DNA of 64,000 nucleotides from Octopus bimaculoides (lineage: Eukaryota), in the NCBI RefSeq assembly GCF_001194135.2, contig NC_068988.1, positions 5,291,913 to 5,355,912 of the forward strand, read 5' to 3'. Both the position numbers and the translations under genes were made by a program. The notes beneath the pieces were generated by a model. That model was not told the origin of the DNA. It was given only the letters and a program-made list of their open reading frames with translations, and searched no databases. Position 1 is the first letter of the stretch. The number at the start of each line of letters is the position of its first letter. Below are positions 39,595-52,511 of this stretch, in pieces.

Positions 39595-40754
39595 ACTACG
39601 AGCTGAGGAAGAATGGACCTCGTCTCAACCACTTCCTCTTCACGGATGATTTAAAACTGTTCACGAAAACAAATGAAATGGTGAGGCTGTTTGATACTAT
39701 ATAGATATGCAGCAAGGATATAGGAATAGAATTCGCGATTTCAAAGTGTGTGTTGCTCACTTTGAAACGAGAGAAAGGAGAATATTGTAGGAGCATAAAA
39801 CTGTCAAACAGAGAACGAATGGGAAACCCGAATGACGACGGTTACAAGTACCTTGGGATCCTGGAGTTTGACAATATCTTGCACAGAGGAATGAAAGACA
39901 AGGTCACCCCTGCATGTTTGAAGCGCTTCAAACTTCTCTTGAAGTCAAAACTCAATGCAAGGAACCTTGTGACAGCCATCAGCATATGGACCGTTGCTGT
40001 AATGCATCTATTCTGAAATGGACACCAGTAGAGATTGACAAACTCGATCGCACTACCCGAAAGACGATGACAATGCACGGTGTCCTCTACTCTAAGGCGA
40101 ACGTACACAAGCTGTACATGAAGGGGTGTAAAGATGGACGTGGCCTGATCAACGCAAAGGAGTGCATCGACAGTGAAAGAAAAAACATGACTGGTATTTG
40201 GTAAACAGCGAAGAAGGCCTACTACATTATACTACTAAAGCAGAAGGATTTACCAGCAGTAGATTTGGGAGTGCTAATGAATTCCGATTACGAATAGCCA
40301 ACGAGAGAGAAGAAATTCTTCTCCGCATAGAATTACATGGTCAGTTCTACCGTGAAACTAACATATTAAAAGACCAGAAGGCATCACGGAGGTGGCTTTA
40401 ACAAGGATGACCTTAAAAAGAAAACTGGAAGCCTAATCATCGCTGCCTAGGACCAGGCATTGAATACTAACTCAGTGAAAAGAGATATATACCACACAAG
40501 TGCATCGAACCTCTGCAGAATGTGTAGGAAGAAGGTTGAAGCGTGACTCACGTTGTTAGAGCTTGTGAAAGTCTTGTGCAGAAAGGGTGCAAATGCAGAC
40601 ACGACAAGGTAACCCAAAACCTTCAGTGGCTACTATGCCGGAAGTATGGATACGAGGTAACGGGTACTTGGTACCAACATACACCGGAAAAGGTAATGGA
40701 CAAAAACGGGAAGACAAAAATCCTTTGACACCTTGACTTCCAGACAGACAAGGT
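39595..40754 (+). mobile_element. R4/Dong-like RLE retrotransposon, 5' truncated (RT end, CCHC)
   Basis: LNHFLFTDDLKLF, YKYLGILE, KSKLNARNLVTAI, LDRTTRKTMTMHG...RGL, LHGQFYR, DQALNT, CRMCRKKVESVTHVVRAC, HDKV, WYQHTPEKV. Multiple stops. Confidence 0.9.
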
Positions 40755-40782
40755 NNNNNNNNNNTAAAAGCTGTGCAAAAAC

Positions 40783-40849
<67 letters not shown>

Positions 40850-40850
<1 letters not shown>

Positions 40851-41075
40851 CGTAAATATTCGTCGGCATCACAAAGCAGCGGCGTACCTGCATTGGAAAA
40901 TATGCAGGGCGCATAAAACTATGATAAATAATTGGTATGAACAATAGCCAAATATGACAGCAATGATGTCACCATCTTCTCCGATATCTCCGTCCACACT
41001 GACGAAGCCACCAAATATGACGTTTTTATGAGGGACAAGAAAGAGAAGACATGTATACACACCGACTTGAAAAAC
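40850..41075 (+). mobile_element. Second R4/Dong-like RLE fragment
   Basis: RHHKAAAYLHWKICR...NWYEQ...DVFMRDKKEKTCI resembles HDKVAxYLHW...RPDIVxxDKKxKTC. Confidence 0.55.
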
Positions 41076-41436
41076 AGATTAAGACCACTTGAAACATTTA
41101 AAATTAGTCCAACACTCGTAGCAAAAAAAAAAACAAGAGATATACGGAGAGAAACTCTAATTGTGTTCTCCCTAATAAAGTGTGACATCTTGGATGTCTT
41201 TTTCCGGAGTAAAATCGTAATCTTTTGTTCCAATCTGCCGAAATATGTATATGAGAATACCGTTGGATAGATACGAACTCGTGGTGGCTTGGAAGAATAT
41301 TCAGTGCAACGGACTGAATACTATCACAGTATTTAGTTATGTCTCTAAGTTCGGTCTCAATTTACATTCCGCCGAGATTAGCTCAACCTTCTGAGGCAGA
41401 TAAAGTAACTAACGGTCGATGTGATCTTTTTTTTTT

Positions 41437-41472
<36 letters not shown>

Positions 41473-41788
41473 ATTTCATTAAGTAGTGTCTTTACTCCCA
41501 GAATATATTGTATAGAATTTTCGTGGCGCCTGAACTATGATCTCCAGCTAATCTACATTCCAACATAAAGGTAATCTACTTCGTAAATTTAGTAGGATCA
41601 CACAATTCTTATTGTACGGAATGGCATAGATTTCATCCAACACATCCCTCCCACTTTGATATTATAGCTAATTAGTAATTAAAGAGAACAAAAATAAGGA
41701 TAAGGAAGAAATATACTTCTCTCAAAGCATAAAGCATTTCTTGTCTCTGATAATTGCTCTGCTGTATCAGACGCACTTTTTATTTTTA

Positions 41789-41895
41789 TTCCCATTGCGT
41801 GGCACCTTGGGCAAGTCTCTTCTACTATAGCCTCGGGCGACCAAAGCCTTGTGAGTGGATTTGGTAGACGGAAACTGAAAGAAACTCGTCGTATA
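41789..41895 (+). mobile_element. SINE family B, partial
   Basis: GTGGCACCTTGGGCAAGTCTCTTCTACTATAGCCTCGGGCGACCAAAGCC... runs into (TA)n and a gap. Confidence 0.8.
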
Positions 41896-41940
<45 letters not shown>

Positions 41941-42485
41941 NNNNNNNNNNNNNNNNNNNNNNNNNNNNNNNNNNNNNNNNNNNNNNNNNNNNNNNNNNNN
42001 NNNNNNNNNNNNNNNNNNNNNNNNNNNNNNNNNNNNNNNNNNNNNNNNNNNNNNNNNNNNNNNNNNNNNNNNNNNNNNNNNNNNNNNNNNNNNNNNNNNN
42101 NNNNNNNNNNNNNNNNNNNNNNNNNNNNNNNNNNNNNNNNNNNNNNNNNNNNNNNNNNNNNNNNNNNNNNNNNNNNNNNNNNNNNNNNNNNNNNNNNNNN
42201 NNNNNNNNNNNNNNNNNNNNNNNNNNNNNNNNNNNNNNNNNNNNNNNNNNNNNNNNNNNNNNNNNNNNNNNNNNNNNNNNNNNNNNNNNNNNNNNNNNNN
42301 NNNNNNNNNNNNNNNNNNNNNNNNNNNNNNNNNNNNNNNNNNNNNNNNNNNNNNNNNNNNNNNNNNNNNNNNNNNNNNNNNNNNNNNNNNNNNNNNNNNN
42401 NNNNNNNNNNNNNNNNNNNNNNNNNNNNNNNNNNNNNNNNNNNNNNNNNNNNNNNNNATACACACACACACACACTTTTACGCGC

Positions 42486-42528
<43 letters not shown>

Positions 42529-42832
42529 AGAGTTATTTCCCTCACCCAGTGTGTTTAGAGTTACCTCCCTCTATAATAGTTATCTCCCTGTAGATATACA
42601 GAAGTTAATTGATATCAGGAAATGATCTACTAACCAACGAAATAATTGTATACTCCGCCAAGTTCTATTTATCTTCCCATTTTGTATTTTGTTACTCATC
42701 GCTGAACGACAAGGAACGACTGAGCGATTTTTGAACTACGTGAAGATAAATAATTTTATGTGCATAACGCAAGTTTTCTGCCGTTTGGAAAATAAAAACG
42801 TAATTATATACACACTTGTGTGTATATATTTG

Positions 42833-42968
42833 TGTATGTATGTGTGTATGCATGTATGTATGCATGCATGTATGTATGCATGCATGTATGTATGCATGCA
42901 TGTATGTATGTATGCATGCATGTATGTATGTATGTATGTATGTATGTATGTATGTATGTATGTATGGG

Positions 42969-43030
<62 letters not shown>

Positions 43031-43031
43031 A
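42833..43031. repeat. (TATG)n followed by (GATA)n
   Basis: Direct reading. Confidence 0.95.
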
Positions 43032-43970
43032 TAATGAATAAGATCAGAAGACTAATCAACGAATTCCAAGATTCCTTCACAGACAAGGAGAAAGAGTATA
43101 TATGCAACTCTGTAATCAAAGAGAGTAATTTCTACGGATTACCCAAAATCCACAAAAGCTCCGAAATACAAAGTGCCATAAATAAGCAGAAGAACCAGTG
43201 CGTAAAAAATACTAAGGCCTGCTGACCTCAAACTAAGACCAATAGTTGTTGGACCTCAATCACCAACACAACAACTAAGTCATTTTTTAGATGTACTCCT
43301 AAAACCTTTTTACCCTTCAAATACCCAATCATGTAGGGGGTGGCATAGNNNNNNNNNNNNNNNNNNNNNNNNNNNNNNNNNNNNNNNNNNNNNNNNNNNN
43401 NNNNNNNNNNNNNNNNNNNNNNNNNNNNNNNNNNNNNNNNNNNNNNNNNNNNNNNNNNNNNNNNNNNNNNNNNNNNNNNNNNNNNNNNNNNNNNNNNNNN
43501 NNNNNNNNNNNNNNNNNNNNNNNNNNNNNNNNNNNNNNNNNNNNNNNNNNNNNNNNNNNNNNNNNNNNNNNNNNNNNNNNNNNNNNNNNNNNNNNNNNNN
43601 NNNNNNNNNNNNNNNNNNNNNNNNNNNNNNNNNNNNNNNNNNNNNNNNNNNNNNNNNNNNNNNNNNNNNNNNNNNNNNNNNNNNNNNNNNNNNNNNNNNN
43701 NNNNNNNNNNNNNNNNNNNNNNNNNNNNNNNNNNNNNNNNNNNNCTTGACGATTGCTTCATCTTCTGGGACAAATCGAATGAAGATCTGAATATATTTAA
43801 ATATATACTGAACACACTTCACCCATCCATCAAATTCACGACAGAATCCAGTTGCAATTAATTACCATTTCTGGATATCCACATGAAAATACAGAACTCC
43901 ACAGTCACAACTGACATATTTTACAAAAAAAAACTGACACACCCCAATATTTAAACTTCTACTCTTGCCA
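43031..43970 (+). mobile_element. Penelope-like element reverse transcriptase fragment (gap inside)
   Basis: FYGLPKIHK...LRPIVVGPQSPTQQLSHFLDVLLKPF; after the gap LDDCFIFWD...LNTLHPSIKFTTE...LPFLDI...TDIFYK.TDTPQYLNFYSCH, all hallmark PLE RT motifs. Confidence 0.85.
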
Positions 43971-44441
43971 TCGCGCTTGTTTCCCAAGAACTTGCACGCT
44001 TCAGCATTGACGCAGCCGCTCTGAGCGAAACTCGTTTTCCTAGTGACAGCAGCATGAAGGAAGTTGGCTACACGTTCTTTTGGAAAGGATAGGATGCCAA
44101 TGAACCTCGCATCCATGGCGCCGGACTTGCCATCAAAACCGAGCTGGTCAAGAAACACAACCTGACTCCAATATCAAGACGCGAACATCTGATGTCTACC
44201 CGAATTCGCTTCTCAACAATGCCTATTTTACGCTGCCCTCAGTCTATGGTCCAACTCTAGACTCAGATGAGGAAATATAAATGCTTCCTACAACTTTCTC
44301 AACGCTACCATCCGAGCCGTTCCGCGAAACGATAAACTGATCCTCCTTGACGACTTCAACGCCCGACTCGGCCACGATCGTCATTTCTAGCATGGCGTCC
44401 TCGGCAAATACGAGATTGGAAACTGCGACGCCAATAGACTC

Positions 44442-44473
<32 letters not shown>

Positions 44474-45665
44474 CATCCTTGGGCTCTGTGTAGAAAACGT
44501 CCTGACGATTACAAGCATCCTCATCCATCTTCCAACCCTCCACAAAACAACCTGACAACATCTGAGGTCAAAGCAATGGCGTATGTTGAATTATGTGTTG
44601 ACAAGGATCCAAGACAAGGACGTGAGGATCACCATATCCTTGCTAGACACTGATGATTGCTGGACCGATCACCGACTTGTGATCTCTCGTCTCAACTTTT
44701 CCATCCGTCTACCCCGTCGGTACTCCAATACTCAAAAGCGCAAACCGAGGTATGACTGTCACAAATAGAAGGACTCAGGAACGTCCCAAGTCTTCCAAGA
44801 AGCGGTTAACCAACATTTGAGGGCGAGGCAGAAGGGGAATCTTTCACCAAATGATTGGAACACTCTGCGTGACGCTATAACATCTGTTGCAGATGAGGTC
44901 ATCGGCTACTCAAAGTTCCAGAACCAAAACTGAAAACAGTGAAGAGATCGAACATCTGATCAATAAGAAAAGAGTAGCACGTATTGCTTTCGAAAACCAT
45001 CCAAAGAGAAGTAACAAGAAACGCCTCAAACAAGAAACCCAGATGTACCAGATGTACCAGATCCAGAATTTCTGGTGGCAAGCGAAGTCTGTTGAACTCT
45101 AGAGCTATGCAGACTAAGGAAACATGCATTGCTTTTATACAGGGACCAAGAAGATTTTCGACCCCATCAGGTCGTCTACTGGTGCCTTGAAAACTGCTGA
45201 CGGTCAAACCCTCACCACAGGAGAGATCCTGCATCGTTGGAGAGAACATTTCCATCTTCTCCTGAACAACCAATCTCAAACCCCAGAAGGCCTTTTCAGA
45301 AACACTCCTCCGCAGCGACCTGTCACAAACTATGGATGGCCCTTCCTCCATCATTCCATGAATTCATGAAAACCATTTATGGATGGCCCTTCTTCCATCA
45401 TTCCATGAATTCATGAAAACCATTGAATGAAGAGAACTTGGAAAAGCTCCTGGTCCAGACATCTCTACGTGGTGGATACGAATTGAGAACCAAACTGTTC
45501 TGACGTTGAGGTTATGGGACACCAAGACAGCTCCGGATGACTTCAAAAACGCAAGCATCATTACCATCTTCAAAGAAGGAGACTTGTCACTGTGCAACAA
45601 CTACCGGCTCAGCATTGCCGGCAAGATTTTCACCAGAATTCTTCTGAATTTTCTGCTGGTTGTTG
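43970..45665 (+). mobile_element. RTE-clade LINE fragment (APE endonuclease to RT start)
   Basis: ALVSQELARFSIDAAALSETR...GYTFFWKG...HGAGLAIK...KLILLDDFNARLG...LNYVL...CWTDHRLV; later APGPD...DDFKNASIITIFKEGDLSLCNNYR..LSIAGKIFTRILLN. Contains a (CAT)n expansion and a 47-bp tandem duplication at 45332-45424. Confidence 0.9.
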
Positions 45666-45789
45666 CATAAGATCTTTTTCTTGGTAATAAAAATCTTTCA
45701 CTGGTATTTTAAATGTGGAAAGCCCCTTTTGGTTAATTTCGTTTTTTACAGGGGTTTTTTTTTTCTTTAATTTACCCCTCCGGACACAA

Positions 45790-45958
45790 CCTACGCACTT
45801 CTACAGACGAGGTCTTCACAGCTGCATAAAGCGATAGAAGAATTATGTTACCATTGGTGGTGACTATGTAGAGAAGGACTAATAATTATGTCATGTTTCG
45901 TTTATCCCAGTCCTTGGGAAGTGGGTCAGGGGAAACCTTTAATGAACACCCCTCGTAG
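45790..45958 (+). mobile_element. Mariner 3' end fragment with TIR
   Basis: FYRRGLHSCIKR*KNYVTIGGDYVEK C-terminus and TIR-like end CTTTAATGAACACCCCTCGTA. Confidence 0.5.
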
Positions 45959-46616
45959 ATGAGTACTTCAACCCCCTCCCATTATCAACGGTATTTTTAT
46001 CTTATATGGCTTAAATATAGGCAGTTCCATACAGAATTTTCTACATAGGGGAGTTAGACACTGAAGAACGAGGTCTACTTGTACATTTGACTTCTTGTCT
46101 TACACTTTTCAGGTTCAATTAAATAAGGTTATTATCATGCGAGCCTACGTTTTGCCAGCTAGTATTTATATAAATATGTATATATAAAATAGTTTCTGTA
46201 CACCAAATTTGACTCGCAGGGCAGAGAAACTGAAATTAAAACAATGTGTTTGCAAGGTTGAATTCTTAATTGTACAGTCATGAATGCGCATGTGTGGAAT
46301 AAATTACGTGACGCACTAGAAATATGTAAATGAATTTATTTTCTATAATACACCATTTCCAGCTTTACTCGACTCCTAGACAGACAACACGTGATTAACA
46401 AATGAAAAATTGCGTTTTGACTTAACTAAGTTTCACTCGACTGCAGCGCAATCAGAACCTCGCTCGATTTCTCTTTTAAACTGTTTAAATATCAGTCATA
46501 TATTGAGGAAAATCACACAACAGAGAGCTTATAGAGGAGTTTATATTTAAAATAGAATGACATTTCTAAACACCTGAAAATACTGTAGATATATTTGCAC
46601 ATCTGCATTACATATA

Positions 46617-46669
<53 letters not shown>

Positions 46670-47822
46670 NNNNNNNNNNNNNNNNNNNNNNNNNNNNNNN
46701 NNNNNNNNNNNNNNNNNNNNNNNNNNNNNNNNNNNNNNNNNNNNNNNNNNNNNNNNNNNNNNNNNNNNNNNNNNNNNNNNNNNNNNNNNNNNNNNNNNNN
46801 NNNNNNNNNNNNNNNNNNNNNNNNNNNNNNNNNNNNNNNNNNNNNNNNNNNNNNNNNNNNNNNNNNNNNNNNNNNNNNNNNNNNNNNNNNNNNNNNNNNN
46901 NNNNNNNNNNNNNNNNNNNNNNNNNNNNNNNNNNNNNNNNNNNNNNNNNNNNNNNNNNNNNNNNNNNNNNNNNNNNNNNNNNNNNNNNNNNNNNNNNNNN
47001 NNNNNNNNNNNNNNNNNNNNNNNNNNNNNNNNNNNNNNNNNNNNNNNNNNNNNNNNNNNNNNNNNNNNNNNNNNNNNNNNNNNNNNNNNNNNNNNNNNNN
47101 NNNNNNNNNNNNNNNNNNNNNNNNNNNNNNNNNNNNNNNNNNNNNNNNNNNNNNNNNNNNNNNNNNNNNNNNNNNNNNNNNNNNNNNNNNNNNNNNNNNN
47201 NNNNNNNNNNNNNNNNNNNNNNNNNNNNNNNNNNNNNNNNNNNNNNNNNNNNNNNNNNNNNNNNNNNNNNNNNNNNNNNNNNNNNNNNNNNNNNNNNNNN
47301 NNNNNNNNNNNNNNNNNNNNNNNNNNNNNNNNNNNNNNNNNNNNNNNNNNNNNNNNNNNNNNNNNNNNNNNNNNNNNNNNNNNNNNNNNNNNNNNNNNNN
47401 NNNNNNNNNNNNNNNNNNNNNNNNNNNNNNNNNNNNNNNNNNNNNNNNNNNNNNNNNNNNNNNNNNNNNNNNNNNNNNNNNNNNNNNNNNNNNNNNNNNN
47501 NNNNNNNNNNNNNNNNNNNNNNNNNNNNNNNNNNNNNNNNNNNNNNNNNNNNNNNNNNNNNNNNNNNNNNNNNNNNNNNNNNNNNNNNNNNNNNNNNNNN
47601 NNNNNNNNNNNNNNNNNNNNNNNNNNNNNNNNNNNNNNNNNNNNNNNNNNNNTAAATAGCAAAATAACTGTACCAAATTTTGCATTGAAAGTATGTTTCC
47701 AATATAATAGAAGTTATTGTCTGGGTCTACATATTTAAATATGAGTGCAATGGGTTAAGTATAGAACAAATATACTTGGAAAATATAAATTTGAATACAT
47801 AAAAGTAACATTTTCTATACAT

Positions 47823-48228
47823 AGGCGCAGGAGTGGCTGTGTTGTAAGTAGCTTGCTTACCAACCACGTGGTTCCGGGTTCATTCCCACTGTGTGGCACC
47901 TTGGGCAAGTGTCTTCTACTATAGCCTCAGGCCGACCAAAGCCTTGTGAGTGGATTTGGTAGATGGAAACTGAAAGAAGCCTGTCGTATATATGTATATG
48001 TATGTGTGCGTATATGTTTGTGTGTCTGTGTTTCCCTCCGCCCCAACATCGCTTGACAACCGATAGTGGTGTGTTTACGTCCCCGTAACTTAGAGGTTCG
48101 GCAAAAGAGACCGATAGAATAAAACTAGGCTTCCAAAGAATAAGTCCTGGGGTCGATTTGCTCGACTAAAGGCGGTGCTCCAGCATGGCCGCAGTCAAAT
48201 GACTGAAACAAGTAAAAGAGTAAAAGAG
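47823..48228 (+). mobile_element. tRNA-derived SINE, family B, full length
   Basis: Head GGCGCAGGAGTGGCTGTG...GGTTCCGGGTTCATTCCC, core GGCACCTTGGGCAAGTGTC, internal microsatellite, tail GACTGAAACAAGTAAAAGAG. Confidence 0.9.
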
Positions 48229-48619
48229 TATATGTATGTGTGCACGAGTGGTGGGAGGGTTAGGGTTGGCGTGTATACATTCCTATATCATTACTGTTTT
48301 TTTATTTTTCTGTTTTCTTTGTTTTTGTTTGTTGGTCATTTTANNNNNNNNNNNNNNNNNNNNNNNNNNNNNNNNNNNNNNNNNNNNNNNNNNNNNNNNN
48401 NNNNATATGTATCTATCTGTTTGTGTGTGTGTGTGTGTGTGTGCACGCGCCACTTTAAAAGTATATACCTCGACCAAGACTTAGTGCTGCCATTTCGAGT
48501 CAACGGTTATCCTGTGGCAATGAGAAATAACCCAGAAACCATGGTCCGTAGGTACCGTTTAAGGCTGAGTGTGAACATTAGCTCCCTTGTTTCCAGGTAT
48601 AAGGATACAGTTGTGCGTC

Positions 48620-48870
48620 GGGAGCCTGCTGGAAAAGTCAACTTGAGAGGCATAGGGAAAATATTAAATTAGCAGAATCTAGCCATTGAGTTACAAAGGC
48701 TATGGGAAGTGAGAGTAAAGTGCATTCATAGATGATTTAGGAACAAACCTTAGAGATTTGAACAGACAGATAGAGAAAATAGCCATAAAACCTAGTTTAG
48801 TGCCACTCCAGAAAGCAGTATTATTAAAGACAAGCCAGGATACTTTAGAAGGTTCTTTGCCTTTAAGATC
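48620..48870 (+). mobile_element. R4/Dong-like RLE extreme 3' fragment
   Basis: LAIELQRLWEVRVKC...DDLGT...LQKAVLLKTSQ resembles ELxRLWxxKVxVVPIVIGALGT...QKSALLGTARI. Confidence 0.5.
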
Positions 48871-48964
48871 ACTTGTAGCCCATGTTAGGAATTTTTCTTT
48901 TCCAACAGTCTAATCTGTTATGCGTGTGAAATATCAATATTAAATTAATTAATTTGTGAAAACG

Positions 48965-51022
48965 ATGTAAAATTCAGAAAATGAAGAAAGATGAAGAGAA
49001 AACATAGATTCTTTCCAAAAGAACTGCTTTCAACAAAAGAAACACTGCAACAAAAATTCCAAGCAAAAGCTCGAAGAATACGAATATTTGAGAAGAGAAA
49101 CAGGTTTTTTCAAGCAAACTAAGCTGCTCACATCCAATGCGAAAACATTCTACAGGAAAATAGGGAAGGAGAAAATAACAGTTGAAGATTACCCTCCCAT
49201 GGAATAAGTTGAAAACTTTTGAAAAAAATATCTGGTGTGAGGAAAAGACAAACAATGAAAATACAGACTGGCTTATATGCACAGAAGGATCCTACCAAAA
49301 TTTACCAGAATAAGCATGAGAAGACATCGCAATAAAAGACGTAAGGATGACACTCAAAAAGTCCCATAAATGGAAATCCCCTGGTAATGATAGGGTGCCA
49401 AGTTTCTGGCTCGCATCGCCCCCGTGCGCACACGAAAAGTTAGTTCAAGGAAATTATTTGAGATCTTAAGAAAACACCTGGCTGGTTAGCACAAAATTTC
49501 CCCAAAACTATCGGCCCATAATATGTCTATCTACCACGTATAAAATTTTAACATCCATCTTCGTGGAGAAAACACAAATTTATGGAACAGAACGATATAT
49601 TCGCCACTGAACAAAAAGGGTTCCGACGAGGCTCATATGGATGCAAAGACCAACTCTTAATCAATTGCATGATCCTTGAGAACTGTCATAACAAACACAG
49701 AAATTTCAGTTACGCATGGGTTGATTGTAAAAAGGCCTTTGACAGCATACCACATTCATGAATCTTGAAATCGTTGGATATTTTCAAAATTTCTCTTGTG
49801 ATTTCAAACTTCCTGAAGCACGACATGTCAGTGTGAAATACGAATCTCCAATTATTCCACTCTAATGGAGTACTGACCACAAACAATATTAATATCAACT
49901 GCGGCATTTTCCAAGGTGACTTACTGTCACTTCTAATTTTTTACATAGCCTTAAAACTCCTTACAAGTGAACAGAACAGGATTTGGGTATAAAACTGATG
50001 ACAAGAAAATAAGCCATCTAGTTTATATGGATGACTTAAAACTCTACGACAGAGACGTTAATGAGCTTGAAGGTCTATTGCAAACTGTAAAAGCATTCAG
50101 TGATGACATCAGGATGGAATTTGGTCTCTATAAATGTGCCAAGGCCACTTTCTAGAAAGGGAAATTAAAGACCTCACATTCAGTGGTGTTGGATGTTGAC
50201 ACAGTCATAAAAGAACTCGAGCAGGAAGAAACCTACAAATACCTCGGAATAAACGAGGGCTCTGGCATTCAGCATGCGAGTATGAAAGAGAAGACTAGAA
50301 AGGAATGCAACAGGTGAATCCGAGCAGTCTTAAAATCCGAGATAAATGCACGTAACAAGGTGTTAGCTATAAATTCCTTAGCAGTCCCAGTTGTTATTTA
50401 CACTTTCAACGTGTTGAACTAGAATATGAGCGAAATAAGAAAGACTGACAGGAAAATCCGTAAGCTGCAGACTTGCTATAAGATGCACCACCCAAAAGCG
50501 AACGCAGATCGTCTTTACCTTCCCAGAGCTCAAGGAGGTCGAGGCTTGATCCAATTTGAAATCTCTTACAGAACCACTAGAATTGGACTGACAAAATATC
50601 TGGCAACATCTAACGACTGGATGTTATAACTCGTTAAAAACCACGAGAGACGTAAGAAGCTTCATTCTGTCATGAAGGAGAGCAAAATATTTACTAATGA
50701 GTTCATGCTTAATATCCAGGTTGAACAGCATGATAGGAGTGCGGCACCTGTTGTTGCAAAGAAAGTGAAATCAATGACAAAGCAAAAAGTATTTAAACAA
50801 TTGGCTGATAGATGGGAACAAAATCTTCTGCATGGCAAATATGTGGCCCATAGCTAACGAGCTGATGTAGACCAAATGCACACATATCAGTGGCTACGGA
50901 GCTCAGGACTAAAGGCAGAGAGCGAAGGCTTTATCTTAGCTGCTCAAGATCAGAGTTTATTGACCCAGAACTACAAAGCCAATGTGATGAAAAATTGAGT
51001 AGACCCAAAGTGCTGATACTGC
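48965..51022 (+). mobile_element. R4/Dong-like RLE retrotransposon RT pseudogene
   Basis: QAKARRIR...FYRKIGK; WKSPGNDRVPSFW; NYRPIICLST; GCKDQLLIN; AWVDCKKAFDSIPH; GIFQGDLLS; HLVYMDDLKLY; YKYLGI; RLYLPRAQGGRGL; LHGKY; AQDQSLLTQNY. Many stops and frameshifts. Confidence 0.92.
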
Positions 51023-51024
51023 AT

Positions 51025-51900
51025 CTTGTTTTAACCATCATCGTTTAAATCTTAAGAAGGTCTTGCAGGCTTATAGAATCCCAGATATCGTGATCATTTG
51101 TAGTGTGTGAATTAAGGATTTAAGTTCTACCATACTTTGCTCCAGACGGGTACATATATATCCTGTTGCTCCAATAATGATAGGTACTGGATTTACAAAC
51201 TCGTTATCAATAGTTTATATATGCTCTCTTTCTCTTGTATTTTTCTAACCACATTTGTGTCCAGAGGGTAGCTGATTTCCACTACAGAATATATCTTTTC
51301 TTTGTGGTCCCACGCAACGATATCTGGCCGGTTGTGTTTTAATTTCGTGGCTATTTTAATTTTCAAGTTCCACCAATATTCTTTTGACCCATCGGTCTTA
51401 ATATGGTCAACTTCATCTGTAGGTTTTTGGGGTCTTTTTTTTTTTTTCGTTATCCTGTTCCAGACCGTTCTGGTCGCCATTATGGAGAAAATAATATTTG
51501 GAAGACCGACTGTCACAGTTGACGATAATGTGGTTGATATATTCAGTCTTGGTCTTGCAAAGCTTACATTTGTTGCCTGTCAACGTTTTCTGTCTTTTAT
51601 TCTGTAGGTACTTGGTGAGAATCTCTTGTTCTTGGATTGTTGATGTAGACATCTATGGCTTCTCAGTGAACTGGTCCATTTTCTCATTCTGTTGTTCTGA
51701 TAAATAGATTTTACCAATGCTCCTTGGGGAGAGATTTGTATCATCTCTTATTTCATACATCTCCTCAAGTTCAATAGCTATCCTAATTACGTTGTTGGTT
51801 TCGTGGACACAAACTTGGACAAGATACTTACTGGTCTCATACCTCTGCTGTAGATGTTGTCTCGAATCACAATCCGTGCCTCATATGACATCAATACAAA
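51025..51900 (-). mobile_element. R4/Dong-like RLE 3' fragment, opposite orientation
   Basis: QEQEILTKY...CKLCKTKTEYINHIIVNC...YWWNLKIKIATKLKHNRPDIVAWDHKEKIYSVVEISYPLD. Confidence 0.82.
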
Positions 51901-52176
51901 CTTAAGACTATGGCCACCATGCTTACGTTGGAAGTATAGCCTATCTACATCTCCATTGATGTACGTATGTATGTATGTATGTGTAGTTTAATGACGATCG
52001 CATCAGCAATTACTATGACTTCCTGTGAAATTAATATTTAAACACTTGTCAAACCGATACATTACAGATGAGTCGAACTGTCTGAAAAAAATAATAATAA
52101 ATGCCTGCTACAGAAGTCTTGAAAGTGATGCCTTTCGAAGGAAAAATACACGTTTACGGGAAAGGAAAATATTCTC

Positions 52177-52331
52177 TTCTACTCTAGGCACAAGGCCCGA
52201 AATTTGGGGGGAGGGGCCAGTCGATTAGATCGACCCAGTCCGCAACTGGTACTTAATTTATCGATCCCGAAAGGACGAAAGGCAAAGTCGACCTCGGCGG
52301 AATTTGAACTCAGAACATAAAGACAGACGAG
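52177..52331 (-). mobile_element. SINE family C, 5' truncated
   Basis: Tail and central domain nearly identical to 12871-13080, CpGs retained. Confidence 0.85.
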
Positions 52332-52454
52332 CAAAAGGAAAATATTGTCATTATTCGATAGTTAAGACTTGCAATTATAAAGACAAGGGAAGTAACTCTT
52401 GAATTATTTATCATGAGTTAGTTCCCCTATGCAACAAATCGTTATGAACGCTTC

Positions 52455-52511
52455 TACTCTCTTTTTTTTGTACTTGTTTCAGTCATTTGACTGTGGCCAT
52501 GCTGGAGCACC
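52455..52511 (-). mobile_element. SINE family B tail fragment
   Basis: TACTTGTTTCAGTCATTTGACTGTGGCCATGCTGGAGCACC is the reverse complement of the family B 3' end. Confidence 0.7.

Noticed and set aside
48965-51900. Single element with a twin-priming inversion
   Set aside because: The two parts overlap in the homologous region (AQDQSLLTQNY versus QEQEILTKY) with different sequences, so they are independent copies.
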